Shown here: positions 1-8,024 of the stretch, in pieces
How positions within the stretch are numbered: the first letter of the stretch is position 1
Layout: the number at the start of each line of letters is the position of its first letter
Source of the DNA: a virus
Lineage: Duplodnaviria; Caudoviricetes
IMG/VR virus record: IMGVR_UViG_3300030380_002089
Span: 1 to 53,028 of that record
Reading direction: 5' to 3' (one strand)
Length of the DNA stretch: 53,028 nucleotides
Notes under the pieces: model-generated
The model's input: only the letters and a program-made list of their open reading frames with translations
Told to the model about the DNA's origin: nothing
The model's database searches: none
Position numbers and translations under genes: made by a program

Positions 1-66
1 TGACAACGCTACCCCTCACGCACGACAGGCGAATGCCTCACATGTGATACGCCCGCACTGCTTTCT

Positions 67-187
67 AGTTTAGACGGCTAGTTTAGACACCGCAGTACAG
101 CGGTCTATAGAACGCAGCACCGCAGTTTAGACGGGCCAGTTTAGACGACCTTCGCCGGAGGCATGCAGTTTAGACCCCAGTTTAGAC
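67..187 (+). repeat. Six direct copies of AGTTTAGAC arranged as three pairs
   Basis: Copies at 67, 80, 124, 138, 167 and 179, with within-pair spacing of 13, 14 and 12 nt, in a GC-richer non-coding region. GTTTAGAC recurs immediately before the ATGs at 292 and 846. Confidence 0.9.
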
Positions 188-234
188 TTCTTTAACCCCA
201 TACGGCGCTCCAGAAAAAAAATTTTCAGAAAACT

Positions 235-250
235 TTTTGGTATACCAAAA
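235..250. promoter_or_regulatory. Perfect 16-bp palindrome TTTTGGTATACCAAAA, candidate operator or protein-binding site
   Basis: Self-reverse-complementary. It lies after A/T tracts at 214-238 and about 11 nt upstream of the T-rich promoter box at 261-267. Confidence 0.55.
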
Positions 251-260
251 GAACCGATGG

Positions 261-294
261 CTTTTTGTCCTGTTCCTTCATAGGTTTAGACATG
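261..294 (+). promoter_or_regulatory. Duplicated promoter/start cassette, copy 1 (leaderless-type)
   Basis: ctttttgtcctgttccttcataggtttagacATG matches 815-848 at 30/34 positions. The T-tract lies about 30 nt before the ATG. Confidence 0.7.
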
Positions 295-807
295 AGTCCT
301 TTTGATGATGCTTGGCGTTTGTTAAAAATGCCAATTGTACCTGATTCATACACCCAACCGAACCCCAATAATCCACATTATCATCGTGCTGATTTTGAAA
401 TGCCCGACATAAGGGATAAACCACCAAATCAAAGAGCGAGCCTCCCTCTCGGTTATTCGGAGAGAGACAGGCCGAGATATGCTGGCAAAAAGGCATCTTT
501 ACAAGGAAATTATAACCCTGAAAAAAAGGAGTTTGATATAAGAATGTTAGGTTTTGACCGCTATGGAACGCCACCAACATTACCTGATAACATGGGCTTG
601 TTGATTGATAATCCGCAAGAGAATTACCGACAGTTAAGCACTCATGCTTTAACACGAAGGCATGGAGTCGCTACGGCTATGATGGATATGTTATCATTTT
701 TGAGAGAAAAATATGGCTTTGAACCTGCAAAGCCGACCAATTTAACTTTTGAGGGAGACCGTTTTTGGGGCGATAGGGAGTCATGGCCTGTGAGGGATGA
801 ACTATGA
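292..807 (+). CDS. AWxLLK-tagged protein with a C-terminal GNAT-acetyltransferase-like motif
   Basis: Start re-assigned to ATG 292 (MSPFDDAWRLLK). RRHGVATAMMD resembles GNAT motif A (R/Q-x-x-G-x-A) and is followed by LTFEGDRFW. Confidence 0.6.
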   Translation: MSPFDDAWRLLKMPIVPDSYTQPNPNNPHYHRADFEMPDIRDKPPNQRASLPLGYSERDRPRYAGKKASLQGNYNPEKKEFDIRMLGFDRYGTPPTLPDNMGLLIDNPQENYRQLSTHALTRRHGVATAMMDMLSFLREKYGFEPAKPTNLTFEGDRFWGDRESWPVRDEL

Positions 808-814
808 CCGGAGC

Positions 815-848
815 CTTTTTGTCTTGTTCTCTCATGGGTTTAGACATG
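815..848 (+). promoter_or_regulatory. Duplicated promoter/start cassette, copy 2
   Basis: ctttttgtcttgttctctcatgggtttagacATG, 30/34 identical to 261-294. Confidence 0.7.
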
Positions 849-1034
849 GGAGCATTTGAACAGGCTTGGCAACTTCTAAAAGAAGAAGGCCCTTACATTA
901 CTTGGCAGACTCCTGAAAAGAAAATGGGCTACATAGATGGGAAGGGTCCTTACGATGCTAATTCTATCTACGCTTATTTGAAACAATACGATATGTATGA
1001 CAGTCGGATTGAAAGCGTGTCAGGGGAGGAATAA
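846..1034 (+). CDS. Small AWxLLK-tagged hypothetical protein (62 aa)
   Basis: Start re-assigned to ATG 846, giving MGAFEQAWQLLKEE. Confidence 0.75.
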   Translation: MGAFEQAWQLLKEEGPYITWQTPEKKMGYIDGKGPYDANSIYAYLKQYDMYDSRIESVSGEE

Positions 1035-1036
1035 AT

Positions 1037-1912
1037 ATGACAGCATTCGACAACGCTTGGACACTTCTTAAGAATCGTGGGTTTGAAATGGACCCACGGT
1101 ATGAAGACGAGCGTGAACGCCAACTTGAAGAAATCCGTTATAGTGACGACCCTGAAAGAGATGAGTTGCTAAGTTTTCCCAATCAATATATTCCACCAAA
1201 GTCAAAGCAAGGACTTTACGAACTCCGTTACTACGACGACTTAGAGCGACAAAATAGGTTACGGTCACAGACCGGACCAATGTATCAGCAACAACAAGAC
1301 CAAGAGGCTGAGCGTATAGAGGCGGAAGGAATTGATTTACCTGATGTGCCGAGCAGTGCACCACCTGTTGACATAGGGCGGGCTGGTAGTCTGACTCCTG
1401 AACCTTTCAGACCTGACCTTGAACAAACGAAGCAAAGAATGTCACCTTTGGGTCAGGCATTAGCACAGGCTAGGTCACAACCTCCTCAGCCTTTGCAGTT
1501 TGAGAAGGCTTGGGCTACTCTCAAGGCAGACCCAAATATGCTTGATACTCAAGGGCGTAGTATACCCCCTGCATTAGCAAATCCTCAAAATTTTAATAGA
1601 CCGCCGGGCGATGCTGAAAGAAGTTTCCAATCAATAAGGGATGCAATGCTTGCAGCAGAAACAGATATGCCTTATTATGATAATCTTAGACAATACTTAT
1701 TGGCCAGAATACATAGAACTTCTAGGCCAAGCGCCTATCATTTTCTACAAAACGCTAATGAAGAAGAAAGAGAAAACATGCGTCAAAATGAGCGAAGGTT
1801 TGGCCCGCTGAGTTCTATTTTAGCCCAAGATACTGACAAGGGTAGAGAATTTTATCAGTACAGAGGGCCTGATGTATCAAACATGTATGCTCCTGTGCCT
1901 CAGCCAGAATAA
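1037..1912 (+). CDS. Hypothetical protein with two AWxLLK-type tags
   Basis: N-terminal MTAFDNAWTLLKN and internal QFEKAWATLKAD (about 1496-1531). SD-like GGGGAGG upstream. Confidence 0.8.
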   Translation: MTAFDNAWTLLKNRGFEMDPRYEDERERQLEEIRYSDDPERDELLSFPNQYIPPKSKQGLYELRYYDDLERQNRLRSQTGPMYQQQQDQEAERIEAEGIDLPDVPSSAPPVDIGRAGSLTPEPFRPDLEQTKQRMSPLGQALAQARSQPPQPLQFEKAWATLKADPNMLDTQGRSIPPALANPQNFNRPPGDAERSFQSIRDAMLAAETDMPYYDNLRQYLLARIHRTSRPSAYHFLQNANEEERENMRQNERRFGPLSSILAQDTDKGREFYQYRGPDVSNMYAPVPQPE

Positions 1913-1961
1913 TTTCAGGAAGACCGACAAGTTTAATTTCTACACTGCTTTAGGCTCGCAC

Positions 1962-2144
1962 ATGAGTATGTTAGAATTTTTATTCCCAAGAATGATTGGG
2001 TTATTTATACTGGGATTTATATTTGGATTTGTTTGGATATGGTTTACTTTCATAGCCGATGAAGACCCCGGTATGGTTATTTTTGAAGACGAGACTGAAC
2101 TGCAAGAAATGTGCATGAATGGCCTTCGGAGAGTGAAGGAATGA
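1962..2144 (+). CDS. Small single-pass membrane protein
   Basis: Start re-assigned to ATG 1962 (TTTAATTT box at 1932-1939). Hydrophobic IGLFILGFIFGFVWIWFTFI; the stop overlaps the next ATG (ATGA). Confidence 0.7.
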   Translation: MSMLEFLFPRMIGLFILGFIFGFVWIWFTFIADEDPGMVIFEDETELQEMCMNGLRRVKE

Positions 2145-2962
2145 ATGTAACCGTCTATGAGGTCGGTCCTCGTGACGGTTTGCAGTATTTAGAACACATA
2201 GTAAGTGTAGATGATAAACGACAACTGATACAGGCTCTTTACGATGCTGGCATAGAACATATCGAAGAAGTAAGTTTTGCTCATCCTAAGCGTTTACCTC
2301 AGATGGCTGATGCTGAACAAGTCTTTACTGGCAGGGGTGCTGGGTTAGTTATGAATAAAAAAGGCTTTGACAGGGCCTGTTCTATAGAAACTAAGAAGAT
2401 AAATATAGTGTTTAGTCCATGTGAAACTTTCAATATTAATAACATGGGTAAGACTCGCTCGGAGATAGTTTTGATGTACAAGACATTTATGGACAAGGTG
2501 CCTAAAGAAAATGTAAGAGTTTACATTAGCATGGCCTTTGGAAGTCGTCATAGTGGTGTAGTAAGTCCAAGTCTAATGCGTCTTTGCATTCGAGATGCTA
2601 AGATGTTTGGCGACACTGTGGTATTCTCTGACACTAATGGGGCGGGCACTAGAAAAGAAGTTGCTCTTTGGGCACAGATGGCTATAGAAGAAGGCATGAA
2701 GCCAGCACTACATTTACATCATAGAGGCGATGAATCGAGAGCAGTGTCCTTACTTAACGGTATAAAGGAGTTCGACAGTAGTATACAGGGTTTGGGCGGT
2801 TGTCCTTTTACAGAAGACGGTGGTGCTAACTTAAGCACAGAGACACTGGTTAGGCATCTAAACGCATGGGGATTTGATTGTGGCACTACCGAGGACAACT
2901 TGAAAGAAGCATCTAGGCTTGCTTATCAAATATCTAATCCTACCGTGACGCTTTTATCATAG
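2141..2962 (+). CDS. hmgL: Hydroxymethylglutaryl-CoA lyase-like enzyme (DRE-TIM metallolyase), putative auxiliary metabolic gene
   Basis: EVGPRDGLQ N-terminal motif, metal-binding HxH (HLHH), and FDSSIQGLGGCPF...NLSTE C-terminal signature. Start at ATG 2141. Confidence 0.85.
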   Translation: MNVTVYEVGPRDGLQYLEHIVSVDDKRQLIQALYDAGIEHIEEVSFAHPKRLPQMADAEQVFTGRGAGLVMNKKGFDRACSIETKKINIVFSPCETFNINNMGKTRSEIVLMYKTFMDKVPKENVRVYISMAFGSRHSGVVSPSLMRLCIRDAKMFGDTVVFSDTNGAGTRKEVALWAQMAIEEGMKPALHLHHRGDESRAVSLLNGIKEFDSSIQGLGGCPFTEDGGANLSTETLVRHLNAWGFDCGTTEDNLKEASRLAYQISNPTVTLLS

Positions 2963-2979
2963 TTATCTTTACGAGACAC

Positions 2980-3348
2980 ATGGCGGGCGCTTTTGAACAA
3001 GCATGGAGTTTGTTGAAAGCATTGCCCGGACAGAGAGAAATGGCTGACTCAGGTCGAACTATGACTCAGAGAGAAATGGGTTACGGTAGCGATGATGATG
3101 TTGATATGGGTTCTGTTCATCCGGGTGCACTTTCTGCTATGAGAAGATTACAGGGCGAAGGTCCACTAGACACTCGTAGTTATGAAAGTGAAGATGACCT
3201 TACAGATGAAGCAGGTAATTACACTCCAGATGCAAAGGGTAGACTAATAGGAACTTCTCGACAAAGAGATGTTACTAGGTCAGGTGCAAGAAAGCCAGAC
3301 ACAGGTAAATTTTACAACCCTGATACTGGGCAAATGGAAGAAAGGTGA
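2980..3348 (+). CDS. AWxLLK-tagged hypothetical protein
   Basis: Starts MAGAFEQAWSLLKA. TTTTAT box at 2952-2957. Confidence 0.8.
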   Translation: MAGAFEQAWSLLKALPGQREMADSGRTMTQREMGYGSDDDVDMGSVHPGALSAMRRLQGEGPLDTRSYESEDDLTDEAGNYTPDAKGRLIGTSRQRDVTRSGARKPDTGKFYNPDTGQMEER

Positions 3349-3354
3349 ACAACA

Positions 3355-4587
3355 ATGACAGCATTTGACCACGCATGGAGACTTTTGAAAGCAACGCCTG
3401 AACAACAACTCATGGGTATGAGAGGTTCTATTCCACAGGCTCTCAGTAGATTTCCAAGAGGAGATGTTTCGAGAGCGCCTTTCACAGGTGACGAAGGAAT
3501 GGAAGACCGTGAAGAACGGATGGCAGAAATAGCAAGGCTTCGACAAGAAGGGATGGCACAGTCTGACAAAGACCGAATGACTTCTGAGGGTGCTAGAGGA
3601 CCCGCTGATTTACGACAATATTACGATAGACAATTCCAAGAAGGCTTCATCGCCCCTCAAGAAAAGAGAATGATGTTAAGACCGGGAGAAACTGAAACAG
3701 AAAGAGCAGCCAGATTAAATCTTGGTGGCGGTCAAAGAGGAGGAAGAATGGATGCAAGCAGTATGACTGCTGCTCAAAGATTTGGTAGACCTGATGAAGA
3801 AACCGGAGAAACTGGAATGAGACCTAAGACAAGAGTTAGAAGAGGTAACATGGAAGGTATTATGACAATGGGGCGAGGTCGAGGCCGAAGAGGTGCGTTT
3901 AATCCAAGAACTGCTGAGGCTTTACCAGAGCGCCCGCCAGAATCTAAACCAATTACTTCGGCGCAGAAGCGTATAGCGTTACTCGAAAGTATGCAAAGAC
4001 AAAACCCTAATTTTGACATTAAAATACCTACAGAACAAGAGTTAATGGAACAAGAAACTCAAGAAAAGAGACCTTACAAATCACGCATAGACAATGAAGA
4101 GTTAGAGGAAATAGAAGATAATTTGACTAATATATACGGACCAGAGATGGCAAGTAGGATTGTTCAGTCTATGATTGACGACCCTCAGCCTCCAGCCCTT
4201 AGAACTGCTGGAGTCCGTCAGCAAAACATTGACCCTCAAGGAGATAGACCAACCTTTAGACCAAGTAGCGGTCAATTCCTAGGTCCTCAGTTTGATGATA
4301 TGGGCGAACCTAAAATGACTTCCAGAGGCAGACCTTCGATGACAGGTATTTCCCCTATGGATATTGAACAGATGGGTCGTCAGGCTATGGTCGAAGGTGA
4401 GATTGACCCACGAATTACTAGTAGATATACTGACGCTTTGGATAAAGTACCAGTGACTGCTGGTGAAAAGGCAAGAACTGACAGGGCAGCAGAACAGGCT
4501 ATGCGAGAATATGCTCAAAGAACAGGTCAAGGTATGACTTATACCCAAGGTACTGATGCTGAGGGTAATGTTCGATACGGTCTTTAA
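3355..4587 (+). CDS. AWxLLK-tagged, probably largely disordered (R/E/G/M-rich) protein
   Basis: Starts MTAFDHAWRLLKA with SD AGGTGA upstream. Low hydrophobic content. Confidence 0.8.
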   Translation: MTAFDHAWRLLKATPEQQLMGMRGSIPQALSRFPRGDVSRAPFTGDEGMEDREERMAEIARLRQEGMAQSDKDRMTSEGARGPADLRQYYDRQFQEGFIAPQEKRMMLRPGETETERAARLNLGGGQRGGRMDASSMTAAQRFGRPDEETGETGMRPKTRVRRGNMEGIMTMGRGRGRRGAFNPRTAEALPERPPESKPITSAQKRIALLESMQRQNPNFDIKIPTEQELMEQETQEKRPYKSRIDNEELEEIEDNLTNIYGPEMASRIVQSMIDDPQPPALRTAGVRQQNIDPQGDRPTFRPSSGQFLGPQFDDMGEPKMTSRGRPSMTGISPMDIEQMGRQAMVEGEIDPRITSRYTDALDKVPVTAGEKARTDRAAEQAMREYAQRTGQGMTYTQGTDAEGNVRYGL

Positions 4588-4627
4588 TGACACCAAAGTT
4601 CAAGTATAGTGTTACTTACCCGTAGAC

Positions 4628-4801
4628 ATGCTGTGGGATTTAGTTTTAGGTTTGTCTTGGCTGGCCCTCGCACTGTCGATGTATGTTTTGACACAGACAA
4701 TATCTACTATGCGAAAGGATGTAGACGACCTTATGGCGATGGTAAGAGTGATTAGGTATAATTCTCTCAAAGAAAGGGATGATAAAAATGACACAAAGTA
4801 A
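4628..4801 (+). CDS. Small membrane protein (57 aa; not in the ORF track)
   Basis: Hand translation gives MLWDLVLGLSWLALALSMYVLTQTISTMRKDVDDLMAMVRVIRYNSLKERDDKNDTK*. TTCAAG box about 29 nt upstream; start context gtagacATG. Confidence 0.65.
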   Translation: MLWDLVLGLSWLALALSMYVLTQTISTMRKDVDDLMAMVRVIRYNSLKERDDKNDTK

Positions 4802-4943
4802 ATCTAAAGGTAAGCAAAAGAGTTTACCATGTGAACATTGTCAATATCACCCTACTAAGCGGGTTTATATTAAGCAGAGTAATGTTTTCAAGGGGTTCGC
4901 TTGGTACTGTAAAGTGTGTCAAAAGTTTACTATAGCGGAGTAA
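4788..4943 (+). CDS. Small zinc-ribbon protein (51 aa; not in the ORF track)
   Basis: Hand translation gives MTQSKSKGKQKSLPCEHCQYHPTKRVYIKQSNVFKGFAWYCKVCQKFTIAE*, with two CxxC motifs. GGGATGA upstream. Confidence 0.65.
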   Translation: MTQSKSKGKQKSLPCEHCQYHPTKRVYIKQSNVFKGFAWYCKVCQKFTIAE

Positions 4944-4969
4944 CTGTTAAATAAGCACTCATTAACGCA

Positions 4970-5058
4970 GGTTTGGCTGGCTTATCTTTTGGCTCTTTCT
5001 CGGTTATGCTTGAACACACCTATTTTTCCAATTTCTTTCTTGGGTAAGTCGGCCACCC
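4970..5058 (+). ncRNA. Candidate small structured RNA
   Basis: A 13-bp terminal stem (4974-4986 with 5043-5055) contains three G-U pairs, which favours the + strand. It closes a pyrimidine-rich loop. TTAAATAA box at 4947-4954; the region is intergenic. Confidence 0.4.
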
Positions 5059-5093
5059 TAATGTTTTTGTTGTGATTGAGCATGGCTCTGTTT

Positions 5094-6269
5094 ATGGAGG
5101 CAGCGTCAGCAATAGATATTGCTTGGCTTTTGCTTAAAAATGAGCCTATACAAGAAATGTCAAACGACGACTTAATGGCTTTAGTAGAAGGACCAACTGC
5201 CTTTGATGCGGGTCTAGGTCATTATGCTAGACAAGAAAACCCTGCGACTCCTGAACAGCAGCAACAAGCCTTACGAGAACTAGAATTGAGACAAATGGAA
5301 ATGTCAGGTAATATGCCTCAAGTCTACGACTCTCCTGATGATTTAGAACCTGTTAGGCAAATAGTAGATTTTTATGAGCCTCAATTCGACAGCACTGGTA
5401 TTGGCGCCTCTTCTATTCCTCAAACAGAAAAGGAAGGGGAGCAGTACATAGAAGACTTTCCGGGTGAATTAGATGAAGAATATATGGACAGAATTATGGA
5501 TGTAAGAGAATCAATGCCCGGCCAAAGTAATATTTTAAATGACGATTACCTAGGTACATATAATCATCTGAAAAATACTGCACCACCCGAAGTCGCTCAG
5601 CAATTTTTTGAAAGGTATAGAAATTTTATTATGAATCAAAATGAAAATCCTGAGTACTTAAGCCAGTCATTAATCCAAGCACTTGATGAAAACGCACCCG
5701 CACCCACCGCCCCAAAGTATACTAGAGAATTTCCAACAGATGAAAGTTTATTCGACATTAAGCCACCTAAAGGAGTAAGTATGGTTTCTCCAGATGCCAC
5801 AGGCTTTTCGCACAGGTTCCAAGATATTAACAAAGGTGAACCTATGGACATTGCTTGGCGTTTGCTCAAACGCCAAACTACTCTTCCTAATTTTGATATG
5901 GGACTAGATGAAACCACCGGCTATCAAGGAGTGGCGCCTGTTCAACAGGTAAGTGCTCAGCCTTTGGGTTACAAAGATGCGTATTTACAGGGTCAATATC
6001 CTGATGAGTTTTGGTCGGCAGTTGGTGGTGACCCTGAGATAACTAGGGGTCATGGAGGCTCTCGACACCGAGCAGATGAGCAGGGTAATTACCTTGCAGT
6101 AGGAGTCCGTGGTCGACAACCAATGGGTGATTTACCTACTCGTGGACCCTTTAGACCAAGAAAAGGTAGAGCAGGTTATCCTCAAGATATGGGCGTAAGG
6201 GTAATATCTTCGGGCGATATGCCTGAACCGGAGCAGATGGTTACTACGCCAATGAGAGGAGGTAATTGA
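5094..6269 (+). CDS. Acidic hypothetical protein with two AWxLLK tags
   Basis: Start re-assigned to ATG 5094 (TTTTTG at 5064-5069), giving MEAASAIDIAWLLLKN. Internal GEPMDIAWRLLKR at about 5835-5873. Confidence 0.8.
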   Translation: MEAASAIDIAWLLLKNEPIQEMSNDDLMALVEGPTAFDAGLGHYARQENPATPEQQQQALRELELRQMEMSGNMPQVYDSPDDLEPVRQIVDFYEPQFDSTGIGASSIPQTEKEGEQYIEDFPGELDEEYMDRIMDVRESMPGQSNILNDDYLGTYNHLKNTAPPEVAQQFFERYRNFIMNQNENPEYLSQSLIQALDENAPAPTAPKYTREFPTDESLFDIKPPKGVSMVSPDATGFSHRFQDINKGEPMDIAWRLLKRQTTLPNFDMGLDETTGYQGVAPVQQVSAQPLGYKDAYLQGQYPDEFWSAVGGDPEITRGHGGSRHRADEQGNYLAVGVRGRQPMGDLPTRGPFRPRKGRAGYPQDMGVRVISSGDMPEPEQMVTTPMRGGN

Positions 6270-6270
6270 C

Positions 6271-6585
6271 ATGGATTTAGCGTTTGAAGAAGCATGGGGT
6301 ATTCTCAAAGGTAAAAAGAAATCAAAACCTTTCCATGGCTATAATCCTAAAAAGCATGCTAAAACTGGTGGATTAAATGCAAAAGGTCGTGCTGCGGCTA
6401 AGCGTAAGACTGGTGCAAATCTTAAGCGACCTGTCACAAAAAAACCAAGTAAACTTAAGCGTGGCAGTAAAGCGTCTAAGCGCCGTAAATCATTCTGTGC
6501 TCGTATGACAGCAGTTAAAGGCCCTACAAGTAAAAAGGGTAAATTGACTCCTAAAGGAGCAGCGTTGAAAAGGTGGAATTGTTAA
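6271..6585 (+). CDS. AWxLLK-tagged highly basic protein (GGLNAKGR...RRKSFCARM type)
   Basis: Starts MDLAFEEAWGILKG and is very K/R-rich. The motif resembles small basic proteins of marine phages (DUF6321-like, from memory). Confidence 0.75.
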   Translation: MDLAFEEAWGILKGKKKSKPFHGYNPKKHAKTGGLNAKGRAAAKRKTGANLKRPVTKKPSKLKRGSKASKRRKSFCARMTAVKGPTSKKGKLTPKGAALKRWNC

Positions 6586-7232
6586 TGGCAGAGTGGTGGA
6601 ATCTTTTAAAGAAACAAAAGGACCCTGATTTGACCTTGCCTAGAGGTAAAGAAGTGGTTCTTCAAGCCGAAGACAAAGATTACGAAAGAGGTTTACTTGT
6701 TAAGTTGTTGAAGAACGGTGGTTATGAAATGGCTTATTGGTATGATAAACATAAACCATATCCAATAGAAGTATTAGTTGATGGTAAATCAATCAAAAAA
6801 GATGCTAAAAAAGTTACCATGAAATTCCATCCTCAGTTGAAAAAGGCTATGGAAAATACCGAACAAGTGATTTTAAATGAAATAGAAAAAGAAGGTGGTG
6901 CTTTAGGTATGAAAAACCTTAGAAAAGTTGTACCTGATGAAGAAGAATTGAAATCTACATTGGATAATATGATTAACCAAGGTAAAGTATTTGTTCACGA
7001 AGATGGTGACATATATACCCACGAACCTGATAATAGAATGGAGAAGTCTTGTGACTGTAGTCATTGTGTCGGTAGTTTTGCTGCTATGGACTTTTTAGAA
7101 AAAAAATTGTGTCCAGCGGGTAAAGCAGCAGCCAAGCGTAAGTTCAAAGTTTATCCATCAGCGTATGCAAATGGTTGGGCAGTGCAATACTGCAAAGGTA
7201 AATTCCGTGGTAAAAAGAAGGGGAAGAAATGA
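6585..7232 (+). CDS. Multi-module protein with a degenerate tag and a basic C-terminal KFKVYPSAYAN module
   Basis: ATG 6585 overlaps the previous TAA. Starts MAEWWNLLKK; the central part is wHTH-like (ALGMKNLRK...GKVFVHEDG). Confidence 0.75.
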   Translation: MAEWWNLLKKQKDPDLTLPRGKEVVLQAEDKDYERGLLVKLLKNGGYEMAYWYDKHKPYPIEVLVDGKSIKKDAKKVTMKFHPQLKKAMENTEQVILNEIEKEGGALGMKNLRKVVPDEEELKSTLDNMINQGKVFVHEDGDIYTHEPDNRMEKSCDCSHCVGSFAAMDFLEKKLCPAGKAAAKRKFKVYPSAYANGWAVQYCKGKFRGKKKGKK

Positions 7233-7786
7233 GCATATGTACTTGCCATGATGTTCTTATCGTCAAGAACCTAAACAGGTGGTTTAAAGAGAAATGGGTC
7301 GATGTTTCTCGTAAAGACAAAGATGGTAAGCATCCCCCATGCGGTAGGTCAAAGGCTAAGAAAGGAAGTAAGGGTTATCCAAAGTGTCGACCAAGTGTGA
7401 AGGTATCAAGTAAAACTCCAAAGACTTCTGGTTCAATGTCCGAAGGACAAAAGCGAGCAGCGACTAAGCGTAAGCGAAGTAAAAAACAAGGAGTTGGTGG
7501 TAAGCCAACTATTGTTAAGTCACCAATGGACCTCGCTTTTCAGTTGTTGAAAGACGCAGTAAGTCCAGAGGCTAAGCGTCACAAGTTAGAGTATGATAAA
7601 AAATATGAGTCTAGTCCTGAGCGTGTAAAGTATCGTGAGGAATTAAATCGTGAGCGTAGAAAAAGGGGCATTTACGGTCATGGAGGGCCTGATATGAGCC
7701 ATACTAAGGACCATACGCTGGTTGCAGAAAGTCCACATGCGAACAGGGCTAGGCACTTTAAAGAGCGTGGTACACTTAAAGGATAA
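7229..7786 (+). CDS. Basic two-module protein with an internal tag; C-terminal module is HNH-like
   Basis: LNRWFKEKWVDV...CGRS...YPKCRP module, then SPMDLAFQLLKD, then a DMSH...ANRARH module. Confidence 0.7.
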   Translation: MSICTCHDVLIVKNLNRWFKEKWVDVSRKDKDGKHPPCGRSKAKKGSKGYPKCRPSVKVSSKTPKTSGSMSEGQKRAATKRKRSKKQGVGGKPTIVKSPMDLAFQLLKDAVSPEAKRHKLEYDKKYESSPERVKYREELNRERRKRGIYGHGGPDMSHTKDHTLVAESPHANRARHFKERGTLKG

Positions 7787-7817
7787 CTAAATTAGCCTTC
7801 TGCCCTTAGCATGTATC

Positions 7818-8024
7818 GTGGATGAGTTTTGGGACACACTATTTCAACACATGTTAGCAGTGGCTTTTGAAAATGTCATGCGTATGGAAGAAAAGGTTAG
7901 CGAATACGACTCGCCAGAAGCCCTTTGTCTTTTAGTAGAGGCTGCGGATAACTATCAGTTCTTGCGACAGGCTTATCACGATAAATGCGCTGGGGATATA
8001 CATGTCGAGTTCAAGCCCTATTGA
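7818..8024 (+). CDS. Small hypothetical protein
   Basis: 68-aa ORF that fills the gap between genes in the + operon. Confidence 0.5.
   Translation: MDEFWDTLFQHMLAVAFENVMRMEEKVSEYDSPEALCLLVEAADNYQFLRQAYHDKCAGDIHVEFKPY

Noticed and set aside
67-187. AGTTTAGAC repeats as a CRISPR or mini-CRISPR array
   Set aside because: The repeats are only 9 nt, the gaps alternate between 3-5 nt and 20-35 nt, and no cas genes are present.
181-212. Possible tRNA 3' end (...GGCGCTCCA)
   Set aside because: No T-loop (GTTCRA), D-arm or matching acceptor stem could be found upstream.
265-845. Track starts at 265 and 804 giving similar N-termini (SCSFIGLD / SCSLMGLD)
   Set aside because: The similarity reflects the duplicated promoter DNA. 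The ATGs at 292 and 846 fit promoter spacing and put the tag at the N-terminus.
4612-4794. Minus-strand 60-aa ORF
   Set aside because: It is a shadow of the better-supported + strand micro-genes 4628..4801 and 4788..4943.
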